NCBI RefSeq assembly: GCF_009914755.1
Contig: NC_060935.1
Reading direction: 5' to 3' (one strand)
DNA: 64,000 nucleotides
Source of the DNA: the human T2T-CHM13v2.0 reference genome, Homo sapiens
Both the position numbers and the translations under genes were made by a program. Below the pieces are notes generated by a model that was given only the letters and a program-made list of their open reading frames with translations, did no database searches and had not been told where the DNA came from. Of the stretch, positions 23,701-37,554 are shown in pieces; within the stretch, counting starts at the first letter, position 1; every line of letters starts with the position of its first letter.

Positions 23701-24724
23701 TAGAAAAGTGGAAAGAATAATACAGTAAGCACTCATAGGCCCTCCACCTAGATTTGACAATTCTTAACATTTTGCCAGAGTTGTTGCCTCCTCTCTCTCA
23801 ATCTCCTTCTTTCCCCTCCTCCCATTTTAAAAGTAAGTTGCAAAGGGCATGGCACTTTGCCTCTACATACTGGTATGTGTATTTCCTAAGAATAAGGGCA
23901 TTTTCCTCAAAATCATACCATCATTATCATGATCTTATGTAAGGAAATTAACAATAACTCTCTGGCATTAATTCATATTCAAATTTACACAATTGTCCAA
24001 AAATGTGTTCTACAGCTGTTTATTTTTGAGTCAGGATTCAATCAAGGTTCATAAACTGTGCTGGGTTGTTATGAGTCTTTATTTTACTCTACAATTTTTT
24101 GGGGAGGGGGGCAAGTTTTTGAGGAGTCAGGCCAGTTTTCTCGCAATGTTCCATCCTAGATTGTCTGACTGCTTCTTATGTGTCGTTTTACTTTTTCTTA
24201 TATGTTCTGTATTTCCTAAGATCTAAAGCACCTTCTGAAGGCTTGATTAGATTCAGAGCCAGCATTTTGACAAGAACATTTCCTAGGTGCTCTTTTGTAT
24301 TTCGTGTTGTGTACCATCATTAGGCACTTGGTGTCAGACTGTCCTGCTGCAAATGATGCCACATCTGATCCCTTGGTTAAGTTGGTGGCTACCAAATCAT
24401 TCAATTACAAAGACCTGTGCTCCTTTTTGTAATTAGTAATTAAAATGTAGATTGGTGCTTTGGTACTGAGCAAATATTCTGCTCCCCAGCAATCTCCCAG
24501 TCCAGCATTTTAGTGTCCATGTTCTTTGCCTAAAACAGCTGCATGTTGAAAGTTATAAAATAGCACATTTCTAATTCTGTCATTCCACTTTTATTAGCTG
24601 GCATTCTTCTGGAAAGGAGGGCTTTCCTGCCCATCCCCTGACTCTCTTTCTCTCTTTTTCTGTGTGTTGAATATCACTCTGGACATAAGGATTTTTTTTT
24701 TATTTGGCTGATGTGGGCTTTTTC

Positions 24725-24728
<4 letters not shown>

Positions 24729-24774
<46 letters not shown>
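24729..24774. repeat. (TG)23 microsatellite
   Basis: Seen directly. Confidence 0.97.
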
Positions 24775-24775
<1 letters not shown>

Positions 24776-25871
24776 ATGTTTTGCCATGAACCTATTAGTC
24801 TTCAAGCACTTCCTTGCTTTCTGATACAACAAAATATTATAGGCTTACCTTCTACTTTCACCTCTCAGTCTCTGAATCAGTCATATAGTTACATATATTT
24901 TTAATGAGGCTTGATTTCTTTTTGAGGGAAATGATATTTAAAATCCAGGTTCCAGGGACTAGGTATGCTCACTGCTATGGATAAGAAAGCATCTTTTAAA
25001 ATACAATCTTATGATCCCCCCAAAAGTAAAACAGAGAGGCAGCTTTTGATTTGGAACTGGGAGCTCAGAGCCTGTCTCTATCTCTAGGATTCCAGCACTG
25101 GAGAAGTAAGACAATGAATACATTCTGCCTCTTAAACTGTATCTTTCTTATTTCAGAAAAGATACCAACATCCCATAACCTAAAAATGAGGGTCCCATTA
25201 ATGCGCTCCAGAGATCAAGGAAGGTTTGCCTTAATCTTAAATGGAAAGAATTTATGGTCATCAAAATTGATGAATGCCAACTTGAACAGAAGAGAGATTT
25301 CAATTAAAAAGTACCTGATTCTAGAAAACTCAACTGAGTTTGAAAAAGTCAAACACATCAACCATTATTAAATTTTTTCATTGTTTTAAAGAAAGATTTT
25401 TCTTTCTTTTGCCAAAGGGAATACTGTTGTTTGGATATGCAGAAAAAGGATCAATATTGATTTTTATACAAAAATTATTTTTTTCATCAAGGTACAAAAG
25501 GGACTATATTGTAACACTGAGAAGAATGTTTTGGGTGTCCCAAAATACCCAAATAGTCTCTTGTGACAATAAGCAGGGCACCAGGACTCTCATTACTGTT
25601 CTACTTAGAAGCTTCGAGGCATATGAATGGACACTTTGTTAGAGACATTTAAGCAGAGAGGCTATTATGGAGAAAGATAAAGGCCGAGGAGTACGGAGAG
25701 TATAGAAATGGCTCCCCTTGTGCCCTTCAAATCCTTCTCAGTGATATTCCAGAAAATGCTGAGTCATCTGTAGGGAGAACCTGCCACCATTTAGAAGCTG
25801 TTTGAAATACATGGACTGTGGGATATACTCAGGTACAGTCATTTCTATTCTCTATCAAAAAATCAATGCAT

Positions 25872-26138
<267 letters not shown>

Positions 26139-26269
26139 GTCCACCCATAGTGAAGCAGTGTCATGCTCAGCACCATGATACTTGTAAAATCATCCCTTCA
26201 GGATCTTATGGTGTAGTCTACATATGCACTAAATGAACACATTTAAAAACACACGATTAACAATGTTTA

Positions 26270-26468
26270 GGAGCAGCACAATGTAGAAAGTGCACTGGAA
26301 CAGGAGTCAGAAGACCAAGGTTCTAGTCCTAACTCTAAAAAACAAAATTTCTGTATTGCAGTGTGACCTCAGACAAGTCACTTTACCTTTTGGGTGCTGT
26401 AGTTCTTAAGCTATAAAATGGAAGCCTACACTATCTTTTGGGTCCCTTCTGATGTTAGCATTCTGTAA
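26270..26468 (+). mobile_element. MIR3/MIRc
   Basis: aggagtcagaagaccaaggttctagtcct...tgtgacctcagacaagtcactt...ggtcccttctg. Confidence 0.75.
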
Positions 26469-26634
26469 TGTGTTGATGGGCAGGCTGGGTGACCTGCACA
26501 AAGCCTTACCAATGATAGGCTTTCAATAAATACTTAGTGGCTGGCTATTGGCATCTGTCACCTGAATCTCAAAAGAGGGGCACAGGCAGTAAGGTGTGGC
26601 AGCAGTTGAAAGGTATGAGAGACACCTTGGCCCG

Positions 26635-27192
26635 TGTCAATGACTTCCGGCCAAAGAGCATCAGGAAGGGGCACAATCATAGTTGCACAAATTGAGTTTA
26701 CTACTCACTGTAGAGAGGAACAACGGATATCATCAGAAACTATGGCACATCTCAATAAGAAGTTCCTAGGACTTATTGCAGAATTTGGGCTAGCGTTAGG
26801 TAATTTTGGGGAGTTTAAGGAGCGGAGTTTTTCTTCAATTAGATGCTGTCAAGGAGTGAGAGTATAGCAATGAGTAGGTATCTTAATAAACCTTATCTAG
26901 GAAGAGGGAGGGGAAGACTAGACCCAGGCTAAAGCTGTTATTGGGAAAGAAGTAGCAGTCATTCACACTAGCAGGATGGGCGGATGTTTGGTCATTTCTG
27001 TGGTTGGACAATGTTCATGTTTTGTCTGTGTTCAGGCATGACTATGGAGTGGTCTGTGATCTTGTTTCTGTCTTCATCTGTTGTGGTCACAGGGTGACCT
27101 TGTCTGATATCAATGTTCTATGTAATTGTTTATGGTGTAGTCTAGGAGAACCCCAAAGCCTCACTAACAGTACCAGGCCAGCCTGCCTGTCA
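26635..27192 (-). mobile_element. MER67-family ERV1 solo LTR
   Basis: ttggacaatgttcatgttttgtctgtgttcaggcatgact...ggtcacagggtgaccttgtctgat...ccaggccagcc...tgtca. Confidence 0.85.
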
Positions 27193-27714
27193 TGATGTGT
27201 GCTCTTCCTTCCCTGAGAGCACAGGCCCACATTTGACTTGAGTAGCATAAGTGTGGCCCATTGGTTTATCTTCTGCTATAGTGTTCATTGTTCTATAGCC
27301 ATACGTCGAATGGGAAAGGAAATGAATGTCAGTGGCTACTTTTTACAGCTCTCTTTTTCTGCTTCCTTGTGTATGAACCAAATATAACCACTTCTTATCT
27401 CCCAAATTTATGTGTTCTCAGTTTAAGTGAGCACTAAAAATTAATGACAGTCTCTAAATTTTAACTCTAAATTCCTTGGAGAGAGAATATGATTCACCTG
27501 TTTAGGTCAGATGACTATGCCTGCCCAATAAATTATTACTGAGAGTAAAGGATTGTGCAAGACAAATATTGTTCTCCAGGCCTACTCTTTAAAGGAGGAC
27601 AATCCTCAGAAAAGGAGGTCATACATTGAGCATTGCCTCATGCAGGGACAACCTACCCAGGGTCCATGTTAGGGATCTCAACAAGAGAGTAGAATGGTAC
27701 TAAAGTTAATACTT

Positions 27715-27925
27715 TGCATGGCTTTCGTGCTTTATAAAATCAAAACATTTCCATGATCATTTTTAACCTTCCTGACCATGCTGTGACAGGGATACTTATT
27801 TCCCCTTAGAGGTGAGGGAGGTGAGGGTCATAGGAATTAAGGGATTTTCCTAAGCCTCTACCATCTGCTAGTCTAGCACAGAAACTAGAACTCAGGCCAC
27901 ATAAGTCCCAGGGCAGCTCTTCCTT
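27715..27925 (-). mobile_element. MIR, degenerate
   Basis: ttaaccttcctgaccatgctgtga...ttaagggattttcctaag...actagaactcagg. Confidence 0.55.
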
Positions 27926-30348
27926 TATTATGAGCTTGAGACAGTTGTTCCCAGACCCTGGGGCAATTAACGAGGGATCAGTGGGAATTTGCTCAAGGTG
28001 AAACAGCCAGTGAAATACTGAGCCAGGTTTCCTGCTCAGTTGCCTGATTCTAAGCTCAGCATAGAAGGAGCAAAAGACTAGTAGAGTGGAGTTATGGGGA
28101 AAATAACAAGAATGGAATTGTTTCTCCTCTAAAAAGGGAGAGAGGTGGTGGCAAAGGAAAAGAGGAGACATAAGACTTATTGCAGGCTTTCCCAATACCT
28201 GGAGGGTTTGAGTGAAGCACAGAATCCTCACTGAGGACAGGAAACCCATTAAACCTGGGGTTATGTTGATAGCAATGGTGAGGGAGAAACCAGGATGATG
28301 GGTGAGTTCAATGTCACCTTGGCTGCACAATCTCCTCTCTCATGGTCTCATCTTTTGTATAAAGATTAAAGTGACTACCTTACTTAGGGGGACAGAGATA
28401 ATAATGGGAGTATAGCTGAAAATCCCCTTAGGCCCTCTAGCTCTACGATCTATGAATTTAATAAGCTCCACAGTGCCAGGAAACCCTTTGAAATTGTCTC
28501 TGGGGCTGTACTTTCTCCAATTCCCAAGAGTAGGAGCAATTGAGCATTGAATACATTTTATAGATTTGGTTCTTTCTTATTTAACTGGGCTATTCTTGGG
28601 GAAAATGCCCCAATAACTCAGCAGGTCCTGCAGGCTCTGGTGCTGCAGTCATTGGCATGACAGATGTCTTGGTGGTTCATGTTGTCATGAGGAAGACTCT
28701 TCAGCCAGATATAGGCTTGATTTGAACAGGTGGAGGATTTTTAAACTCCCTGGGAGAACTGCCAGTGGTGTTCAAGAGAATGACAAGGCAGCTAGGTAGG
28801 TGATCCTTAGACTTAGAACAGGCAGAATTCCAAAGAGCATCAAAGCATTTGGGGAAGTTTGGTTTAAGAAGATAAGGACTCCCTGTAAGATGAAGGACAA
28901 ATATAATAGTGCTCAGGACATTTTTTTCCCCTCTTCATGCCTCCATTAAAAAAAAAGAGGTGATTTGTTATTGTTTGATTTCTCACTCTGGGACCTGGAG
29001 CTGATTTTAGAGGATCCGTAAATTAATCAGTTCAGTTCTGGCCTTGCATTATGGCACAGATGTTCCCTGGTTACAGAGGAGAGTGGCTGGAAGAGACTGG
29101 GGAAAAAGTGTCAGGAGATAAGTATTCTAGTCCTCAAAGACCCACTAGCCCCTCTGTTGTTTGAAAGTTTTGGGAGAGGGCTTCCGCCCAGATCTGCAGT
29201 CTCTTTGCAGTGCCCATCATCAGCACATAGTTAATAAATAAATGGATGACTCCACCCAAACAATGCCCCTTGCCCCTGGTGTTCTCATGCTCAATGTTGA
29301 AGGCTGTTAAGTTTGTCTCTGGCACCCACCATCACCCTTCAGTATTTCCCCAGTGCCCAATCCCACGATGTGATGGCCCAAGCCCACTCCTTCTCCCCTG
29401 CTTGCAGTAACATGTTCACATCTGCAGCTGCAGCATTGTCACCACTGCCTGCCCATTTCCTCCCAGCTGGAGTCATTCTCTGTAGGGCCACTCATACACA
29501 CAGAGGGCTTAGAGAGGTAGGAACAGGAACCTTGTCCTGGGAGAACAGTCACATTCCCATCCCCGGAGCAATGGTCTTCTTCTGTGGACCTGGAGTCAGA
29601 CCCCCAAGCCCTTCATCCATCCAGATCTGGGTTCTCTCTCCCTTTTCTGCTGTGACCCCATGCTTCGCAGGCTATTTAGCTTGTTTCTTTCCCCTATCAC
29701 CAGTCCACAGGCTTAGTCCAGATGTTAGAGGTCAAAGGCTAATTTTCCATGGTGTAAGGAAACTTCATACCTTCACACTACTACATGACCAGACTTCCAG
29801 GCAACGATCAGAAGTTTAACCCTGTAAAGCTCGTACCTGGATGTCTGCCCAGCCTCTTCCCACACTGGGTCTTCCTTAACTAATGAACCTGATGACTTTG
29901 CTGCAGGTATCCTGTGGAAACTCCCTCATTGGCCTTATGCACTACTATCTGACCCAAGACTTGGGGACAGGGCCTGGGGAAGGGGCTAGACCTTGGGTGA
30001 GCACCTACACTCACATTCATTCACGGAGGAATCACATTTATTTCTGGAATCCTTTACCACAGCCCTCCAAAGAGCTGCTAACCAAATACAACTGCAATTT
30101 TTCTCTCAAAGGAATTTAAAATTAGACGTCTTTGTTCTCCAGCCTCACTTCTTGTCTCATGAAATATATGGAGGCTGTCACTTTCTCCGTCCCAAGTTGG
30201 CTGTAGAAACAATATTTGTCCGTTAATTTTTCTTTTAGCATATAGAGTAAAACATATCTGTTTTCACCAACATTTCAGGTATTAAGTTTCTGCAGACTTT
30301 CAGTGAGCAGATGTGCTACAGCTTATAAAAAGAAAAGGCTTAGAGGCA

Positions 30349-30440
30349 GTGTGTGTATGTGTATGTGTGTGCATGCATGCATGCATGTGTGTGTGTGTGT
30401 GTGTGTGTGTTGGGGGGAGAGAGAGAGAGAAAGAGAAAGA
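30349..30440. repeat. Compound (TG)n-(GA)n microsatellite
   Basis: Seen directly. Confidence 0.9.
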
Positions 30441-32359
30441 ATGTGTGTTCTTATTCTTTTGCCACAAATATTATCCTTAAATAGTGAAAGGAAAGGTGGG
30501 GGCTTTCTAAACACATAAAGATGATCTTGCCTGTTTCTATCTAGCGGTCCTAAAGAGAATTCGGATTTGGAGAATTTCATGGCACTGGGGGAAGGAGATG
30601 AAGGGCCTGACAAATAGTAGAGATCCAGAAGGCCTCAAAGAGAGCATGGCAGGTGTCGAGACTCTGGTCACTTCCACTGCACCCACCACAGTGGAAAATG
30701 TTTTTTAGGCCTCAACTTTAGGGTCACACTCTGTTGGCTCGTTACTTTCCCATACTCAAAGTTCTTCAAAGATGGCAGGAACTCAGTGTATCAGGTGAGT
30801 GCCCAATTTATGAGGGTAGAGAACAGAAATTATTTCAATTTTCAAGTTAAGGAAATCAAAGAAACAACCTCCTCTCAGCCAGGTCGATTGCAGGAGTGAC
30901 CCTTCCCCACTTAATCCATCTTATCAGTGTTCATGCTTGTGGACTTTTAAAGTTCTAATGACCACCCAGAGCCCATCACCTGTGATTTAGTACTTTAAAA
31001 CTTGGGGCACATTCTACATTCTTTGAGGAATCTCCTATCTTTTTCTATATTCCAGGTGCTATCAATACATCAGCATTCATCATTTCTTTGAAAGAATGAG
31101 GACCTTATAAAAAGCCTAAGTCCATATAGGAAAAGATGGCTCATAAATGGTTAGTGAGGAAGCAAGTACATGGAGCCTGAATGTCACACACTTCATCGGT
31201 GCAGTGGCCCTGGGGACTGAACTCAGAGCACTTGTACCTTGAAAAAGCCCCATAAATATTTAGTGAGCTGATAATCGAGGAATGGCTGATGGAGAACAGA
31301 GGCAGTAAATTCTCCTCTAAGGCATATGAGAAATATTTTTCTTGGTTGAAAGAATTTATGAGTACTGTGGGGGTAGAGGAGATGAGGAGTGAAGGACTGA
31401 GTACATGATTTATTATGATACTTGTTTTTAGGACTTGAATTTACTTCAGAGCGTCCTCTGCCCACTCCAGTATTTTATATATCTGAAATAAAATTATCAG
31501 TCCTGCTCTTAGCCTGTGAAAATGAAATACATTTTCATAAATTCCCCAACTTTGGTTATATTTCAAGGTTTGACTAATTTTTGATTCTTTATTGTTCTCT
31601 TTTTGTGTAATCACTGCAAAATTATCCACTGTAGCTTTTTCTTTTACAGCGCAAGATGCTATATCTGTCTCTAATTTTGCAAAATATCTTGGAAGGTCAG
31701 TTGGTGGCCAAGGAAGAGACTGAGCACTAAGCCAGCCTGGAGGCCAGGCAGAGCTCTCATGCTAGCATAATGCTAAACTGCTGACCTCTAGATTCCTTCT
31801 CACAGCCACCCACTTCCTGGGAAGAACTAGTTTAGTCTAATAGGACATGATACAATAGCTAGCCATGAAGTTCTAGAAAAAGTAAGAATTACCCATTACT
31901 CTGGATCCCCCTCAAAATATCTTTGTTGTCTGTTAAGCATCGACATTGGTCAGAACCTGTCTGAACAGCCCAATGTTTCCTGAGTACGTTCAAGAGAAAT
32001 CATGTCCCACAAGATGTCTCTAGACAAAGAGTTTCTGTACCATGAGGCTGGGAAGTGCTGTCCGTGATAACCCTTCTGGGAGACTGACAATGTGGGGGAA
32101 CATATCAAAGGCTCTGACATGCCCTGCAGCAAAAAAGTTTGTCCAATTTTACTTAACCTAGAATTTCCCAACCCAATTAGACCACTAACTTATTAGCCAT
32201 CTCCTGTCACTCTCCAAAAAATAGACCTGGGTTGGCCACACCTAATTCTGGGTAGTTCTGAGGACAAGTTGTCATGGCTCATGCCTATGCCTTGCTCACT
32301 TGGGTTTCACCTGCTCCACAGGAGGCTTCACCTGCTCCTCCCTGCCCACCTTGCTCATT

Positions 32360-32615
32360 CCTATTATTTCTTTAAGATTCCATGTGAAAGTTACCTTCCT
32401 TGATTGAAGCCCTCTTTTCCCATGCTTCCAGAGCACATCTGCATTCCTCTCAGTGCACAGGATGCTGTATTTTATTTATATGCCTGGAATTACATACCAT
32501 CCACCAAGCTTCTTGAGGGCAGGGTAAATAACCTTACTCCTTTTTGATTTCTCAGAGTCCAACATAGCACCAGAGTCAACATACACAATAATGGAGTGCA
32601 TAAATGAGAATTAAT
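32360..32615 (+). mobile_element. L2 3' fragment
   Basis: aagcttcttgagggcaggg...tctcagagtccaacatagc. Confidence 0.6.
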
Positions 32616-32834
32616 GGGGTAATATGAGCGAAGCAATGAAGCCCACCTCTTCCGTGCCTTTTCTGCTTGGGAAAGTGGGAATTGCCTCATTTACCTGGTG
32701 TTTCACCATCTTCCGTGGGGCTCCCCAAACCCTCCCTCTCCATCTGGGCTGTAGAAGCATTTATGGAAGAGGCCTGCATAATAACGATCATATCATTTCT
32801 TGTTGACTAAAGCTCCTATGGCCAGAAACTTTAA

Positions 32835-32836
32835 TT

Positions 32837-32872
<36 letters not shown>

Positions 32873-33157
32873 TTTTTTTTTTTTGAGACACGGTCTTGCT
32901 CTGTCACCCAGGCTGGAGTGCAGTGGTGTGATCTTGGCTTACTGCACTCCTGAGTTCAAGCAATTCTCTGCTTCAGCCTCCTGAGCAGCTGGGACTACAG
33001 GTGTGTGCCACCATACCCAGCTAATTTTTATATTTTTAGTAGAGACAAGGTTTCACCACGTTGGCCAGGCTGGTCTCAAACTCCTGGCCTCAAGTGATCC
33101 ATCCACCTCGACCTCCCAAAGTGTTGGGATTACAGGTGTGAGTCACTGCACTAGGCC
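32835..33157 (-). mobile_element. AluS with (TTTC)n/poly-T tail
   Basis: gagacacggtcttgctctgtcacccaggctggagtgcagtgg...gggattacaggtgtgag; degenerate TSD agaaact..at. Confidence 0.94.
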
Positions 33158-33547
33158 AGAAACTCTTATCTATTGACCAACTGACCAAGCACAGCAGAAC
33201 GTACAGTTTTTAACAGGACACATAGGTGCATGGAAAAAAAAAAGATGGAGAAACACTATTCTCAGACACAGTAGGGGTAGATAGGTCATTATGAGATGGG
33301 GCACACCTCCAAAGACTTCAGGAGAAGAACCATGCTGGTTGTTACAAAGAAACATCTAAGAAATAGGCTAAGTGAGTCTGAGGGTACTAGAAGTAGGTAA
33401 CATGTATTGTTTTTTATTCTACCAGGCATTGTTCTAAGGTGCTCTTATATGTATTAACTAATTTAATTCTCCCATCAACCCACCCAAATGTAAACAATGG
33501 AACACATAAGGAAATTAGCTCATTTTGAGGCTAACCCATTAAAAAAA

Positions 33548-34300
33548 TCTTTTAATTTTGACATAATTATAGACTCACAGAGAGCTGCAAAAATAGTACA
33601 GAGAGGTCCCATGCGCCCTTCTCCCAGCTTTCCTCAGTGGCATTATTTTACAGAAATGTAGGACAATACCAAACCAGGAAGTTGACATTGGTACAATCTG
33701 TGGATCTCACTCAGATGTCACCAATTTGTATGCATACAGTTGACCCTTGAACAATGTGGGGGTTAGGAGTGCCAACCCCCAGGCAGTCAAAAATTCTCAT
33801 AGAACTTTTAACTCACCAAAAACTTAACTACTACTTGCCTACTGTTGGCTGGAAGCCTTGCCAATAACATAAGCAGTTGATTAACATGTATTTTGTATGC
33901 TAAGGTATTATATACTGTATTCTTACAACAAAGTATGCTAGAGAAGAGCAAATGTTATTAAGAAAATAATAAAGAAGAGAAAATATATTTACTGTTTATT
34001 AAGTGGGAATGGGTCATCATAAAGGTCTTCATCCTTGTCATCTTCATGTTGAGTAGGCTGAGGAGGAGGAAGGGAGGGGGTTGGTATTGTTTTCTCAGGG
34101 GTGGCGGAGGTGGAAGAAAATTTGCATGTAAGTGAACCCACTAGGTTCAAACCCATGTTGCTCAAAGGTCAACTGTATCTGTGTGTATGTATAATGGCTC
34201 TGTGCAATTTAATCACATGTATAGAGTCATGTAACCACCACCACCACACACACAGAACTGTTCATCACCACCAAGGAGCTCCCTCATGCTGCCCCTTTGT
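33548..34300 (-). mobile_element. L1MC/MD-type 3' end interrupted by Tigger2a
   Basis: taattatagactcacag...gcaaaaatagtacagagaggtccc...aaccaggaagttgacattggtacaat; resumes catgtaaccaccacc. Confidence 0.8.
33737..34175 (-). mobile_element. Tigger2a (TcMar-Tigger) non-autonomous DNA transposon
   Basis: TIRs cagttgacccttgaacaa / ttgctcaaaggtcaactg, TA TSD on both sides, 439 bp. Confidence 0.92.
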
Positions 34301-35724
34301 GGGACTGGCCCGTTTTTGAAAGGGCAATTGGAAGCTGAAGCAAATCCTCAGATGACAGCCACCAATACCCATTGTGTCATCTGGACATCACCCGCAGTAT
34401 TGCACAGCCATCACTGGGGTTCTGGGGCAGATTTAGCCTCCAAAAGTGTGTCTAGTGAACATGTTCAGAGCTCCTCTGACATTAGCAGTTTGAACAAGAG
34501 GACAGATGCCAAAAACCCAGAGTAGCACTTCTGGCAGCACAGGAAGTAGCAGGACTTGCCTCTTTTATCCAGAGACCTTCATGCTTCTAATACCTTGAGA
34601 TTCCAAAGAAAAATCTCCCATCTTGGTGAAAGGTTTTGCCATATGAGCATGGCATAAGGCAAACCAACTGTGTCTGGTCTAATAATCCGACCCTGGCTCT
34701 TACTGAATCCCCTATTGCCACTACTTGTTGCTTAGGTGACGACATCTTCACTTGTTCAGATCAATAGCTGAAAAATGAAGATAAGGACCCAGTCCCTGGT
34801 CACTTAGCATTTGGGAGATGAGAAGCTGGGGGAGGCACCCCCAGGATGGTGTCTAATACACCAGACACTAATAGTAACCACAATAATAGCTTCCTTAGTT
34901 GATCACTTTCTATATGCCAATGTCGTACTAAGCACCTTATTTCACTGTCCCATTTAATCCTCATATCCAAGCTATTGCAATCTAATGTCTACATTCCTTA
35001 ACCACTCTTCTCTACTACCACCCCAGGCACCTAATAACTGAGAATTCTTTATCATCATGATTACCACATATATTATTTTGGTAATCCTAAGATACATCTT
35101 GATCTTCTCTCTTCCCCTCCCAAGTTCACCTTCTAGGAGCATCCTATCATGTTCTACAACTCTTCCCATTTCTGAACTCCAGTTGTATTTATTCTTTTGG
35201 CCCCTATAGGAGATTAAGATCAGAAGTCAGTCTTAAGCATGCTTGAAACAAAGGCATCTTTTGTTATGAGCTGCTGACGGAGTCCTTTACCCTTGTTCAC
35301 CCTCCTGTATTTACAAAGCATTTCCACCTATGGGATCTCATCTGCTCCTTACAGAAGTGCGGCAATGTGTGTGTGACAAAGGAACTTATGTCCAAGGAAG
35401 TTTAGTGTCAGTTAGTAAGTCTTCTGGTTCCAAGTATCATGTTCCTTTGATGCCACCAGCCTTCAAAAGGAAGAGGAATAATAATAATAATAATGATAAC
35501 AGTACTATGCCTACTACAAATAATAATACTAGTAAAATGAGCTCCCTAGCCCTGGATTTGAACACAAAATAATTATTTCCAGCTATGTGAGCCACATGAT
35601 TCCTGTACTGTTTACATTAGTTAGTTGCATTTTATGATACTTGCCATATAAATTGTCCTAACTAAAGCCACATTAACGCATTTCAGCTGAACAGCAATCC
35701 TAGAAGAGAGATGAGGGCACACGG

Positions 35725-35858
35725 GTAGAGTGGTGACATAATTTATCATCTAGACTTGAATTCTTTGGAGAGTGAAAGGAGCCCTTGTCAATGATTACAT
35801 CAGAGCAGGAGGCATAATTCTGAGCTATCCCTGGCAATTTGGGACATGAGAGCACTCT
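35725..35858. mobile_element. MER81-like hAT-Blackjack MITE
   Basis: ataatttatcatc...ggagagtgaaagg...gattacatc...aggcataa...tccctggcaa...gggaca. Confidence 0.65.
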
Positions 35859-35990
35859 GCAGATATGGAAAGAAAGATTCAGAGAGTTTAGGTAATTTGC
35901 CTAAAGTCACACAGCTGCTAAGTGGTGTCTGTGGATTTAGACTGAAAAGAGGCCGATTCCAGAGGATGAAAATTCACCCACTGTGCAGGG
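35859..35990 (-). mobile_element. MIR fragment
   Basis: cagagagtttaggtaatttgcctaaagtcacacagctgctaagtgg. Confidence 0.8.
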
Positions 35991-36430
35991 CTGTATGGAT
36001 TCTCTGTTGTGACGTGGATTTGGAGGCCACAAACCTCTTAGGTCCTAACTACCAATAGAGATGGGGGCCTTTCATGAACAAGATACAGGCAGGATTTTGT
36101 GGACAGTCAATCAGATGCCCTCACACACCTGGGTATCAACCTCACAGTGTGCCCTAGGACTGTGGTGCCATGATCCATGGGTGATGTCATGTGCAAAGAA
36201 TTTTTAACTTAGTGAAGCACAATAATTTCCCCCATCTTTTAAGTGAAGCAATATATTACAAGAGCACTTCGTGAACTGTCAGACATCATATAGATTATTC
36301 ATTCATTTACTCAGTCATCATTTATTCATTTATTCTTCATAGTATAGTGGTTCTCATGATAGTGTGGGGAGCCCTTCAGGTCACACAGCAGCTTCACCAT
36401 GGCTTATCTGAGATCCTGTTCCTTGGATGA

Positions 36431-36899
36431 TGTATTAGTCAGGGTTCTCTAGAAGGACAGAACTAATAGGAGATATATATCTATATATATGTGTGTATAT
36501 ATAGGAGTTTATTAAGTATAAACTCACACAATCACAAGGTTTCACAAGGTTCCACCATAGGCCATTTGCAAGCTGAGGAGCAAGGATAGCCAGTCTGATT
36601 CCCAAAACTGAAGGAGTTGGAGTCCATTGTTCGAGGGCAGGAAGCATCCAGCATAGGAGAAAGATGTCGGCTGGGAGGCTAGGCCAGTCTAGTCTTCACG
36701 GTTTTTCTGCTTGCTTTATATTCTAGCTGCACTGGCAGCTGATTAGACGGTGCCCACCCAGATTAAGGCCGGGTCTGCCTTTCCCAGCCCACTGACTCAG
36801 ATGTTAATCTCCTTTGGCAACACCCTCACAGACACACCCAGCATCAGTACTTTGTGTCCTTCAGTCCAATCAAGTTGACACTCAGTATTAACCATCACA
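36431..36899 (-). mobile_element. MLT2A (HERV-L) solo LTR
   Basis: tgtattagtcagggttctctaga...ctcagtattaaccatcaca; 5-bp TSD GATGA on both sides. Confidence 0.95.
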
Positions 36900-36914
36900 G
36901 ATGACATGTGTATT

Positions 36915-37336
36915 TTCAGCTCCATTTCCCTTCATTATCACTCTTCTACCTTGCCCTGGGCTGGACCATGCTGAACTCTTGCTTTTACTTCTCTCATGGC
37001 CTTGGTATAGGCTGTTTCTGCCTAGAGTATCTCCTTCCTGCAGCACTCCATTCAGCTTGGAAAACTTTATCTTTCAGCTCAAATGTAACCCCCTCCAAAA
37101 ATCCTTCCCCTGCCTCTCTAGACAGAATTCAGCGTGGGTTTCCTCTGTGCACCCATGGTATCTCCCTTACATCTCTAACACAGCCCTGATTCAGTTGTTG
37201 TCATCATTTGTTCTTAAGTCTGTTTTATTCATGAGACCATGAGGTTTACAGGGCAAGGACTGAGCTCTGGTCATCTTGGCATCCCTGGTTACAGCACACG
37301 AAGGACACTTGGCAAATGTATATTAAATGAATGAAC
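36915..37336 (+). mobile_element. L2 3' end
   Basis: tcagctcaaatgtaacc...cagggcaaggactg...catcttggcatccc...aaatgaatgaa. Confidence 0.75.
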
Positions 37337-37554
37337 ATCGTGCTCAATGGCATTATCTAGCCTTGCCATCCTGCTCTTTAAATTTCTTATAGGCCATTGG
37401 TACAATAGCCATGTTTTGAACTCATAGAAGGCCAAATTAAATCTGGGCTATGCTAATCTTGAGGCCTCCATATCTAAAGGAAGGAGGAAACATATTCATA
37501 GAACACTGAATTGCATAGTACTTGGTGAGCACTCAGTAAATGTTCATGAATGAA

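Larger units (their letters stand above)
23262..24985 (-). mobile_element. L1MC4/5-like 3' region, interrupted by an LTR16 and (TG)n
   Basis: ttttattgtgaaaaatttcaa|...|agaaaagtggaaagaataatacag...cacctagatttgacaattcttaacattttgcc...aggattcaatcaaggttca...ctaggtatgctcactgct. Confidence 0.8.

Noticed and set aside
27806-29819. 174-aa (-) and 168-aa (+) ORFs
   Set aside because: Non-ATG starts, no protein-family resemblance, and the first overlaps MIR fragments. Lengths are within chance expectation.
30545-30617. Protein-looking stretch GPKENSDLENFMALGEGDEGPDK* after an acceptor-like site
   Set aside because: Too short, not recognised as any protein, and no upstream coding exon found.
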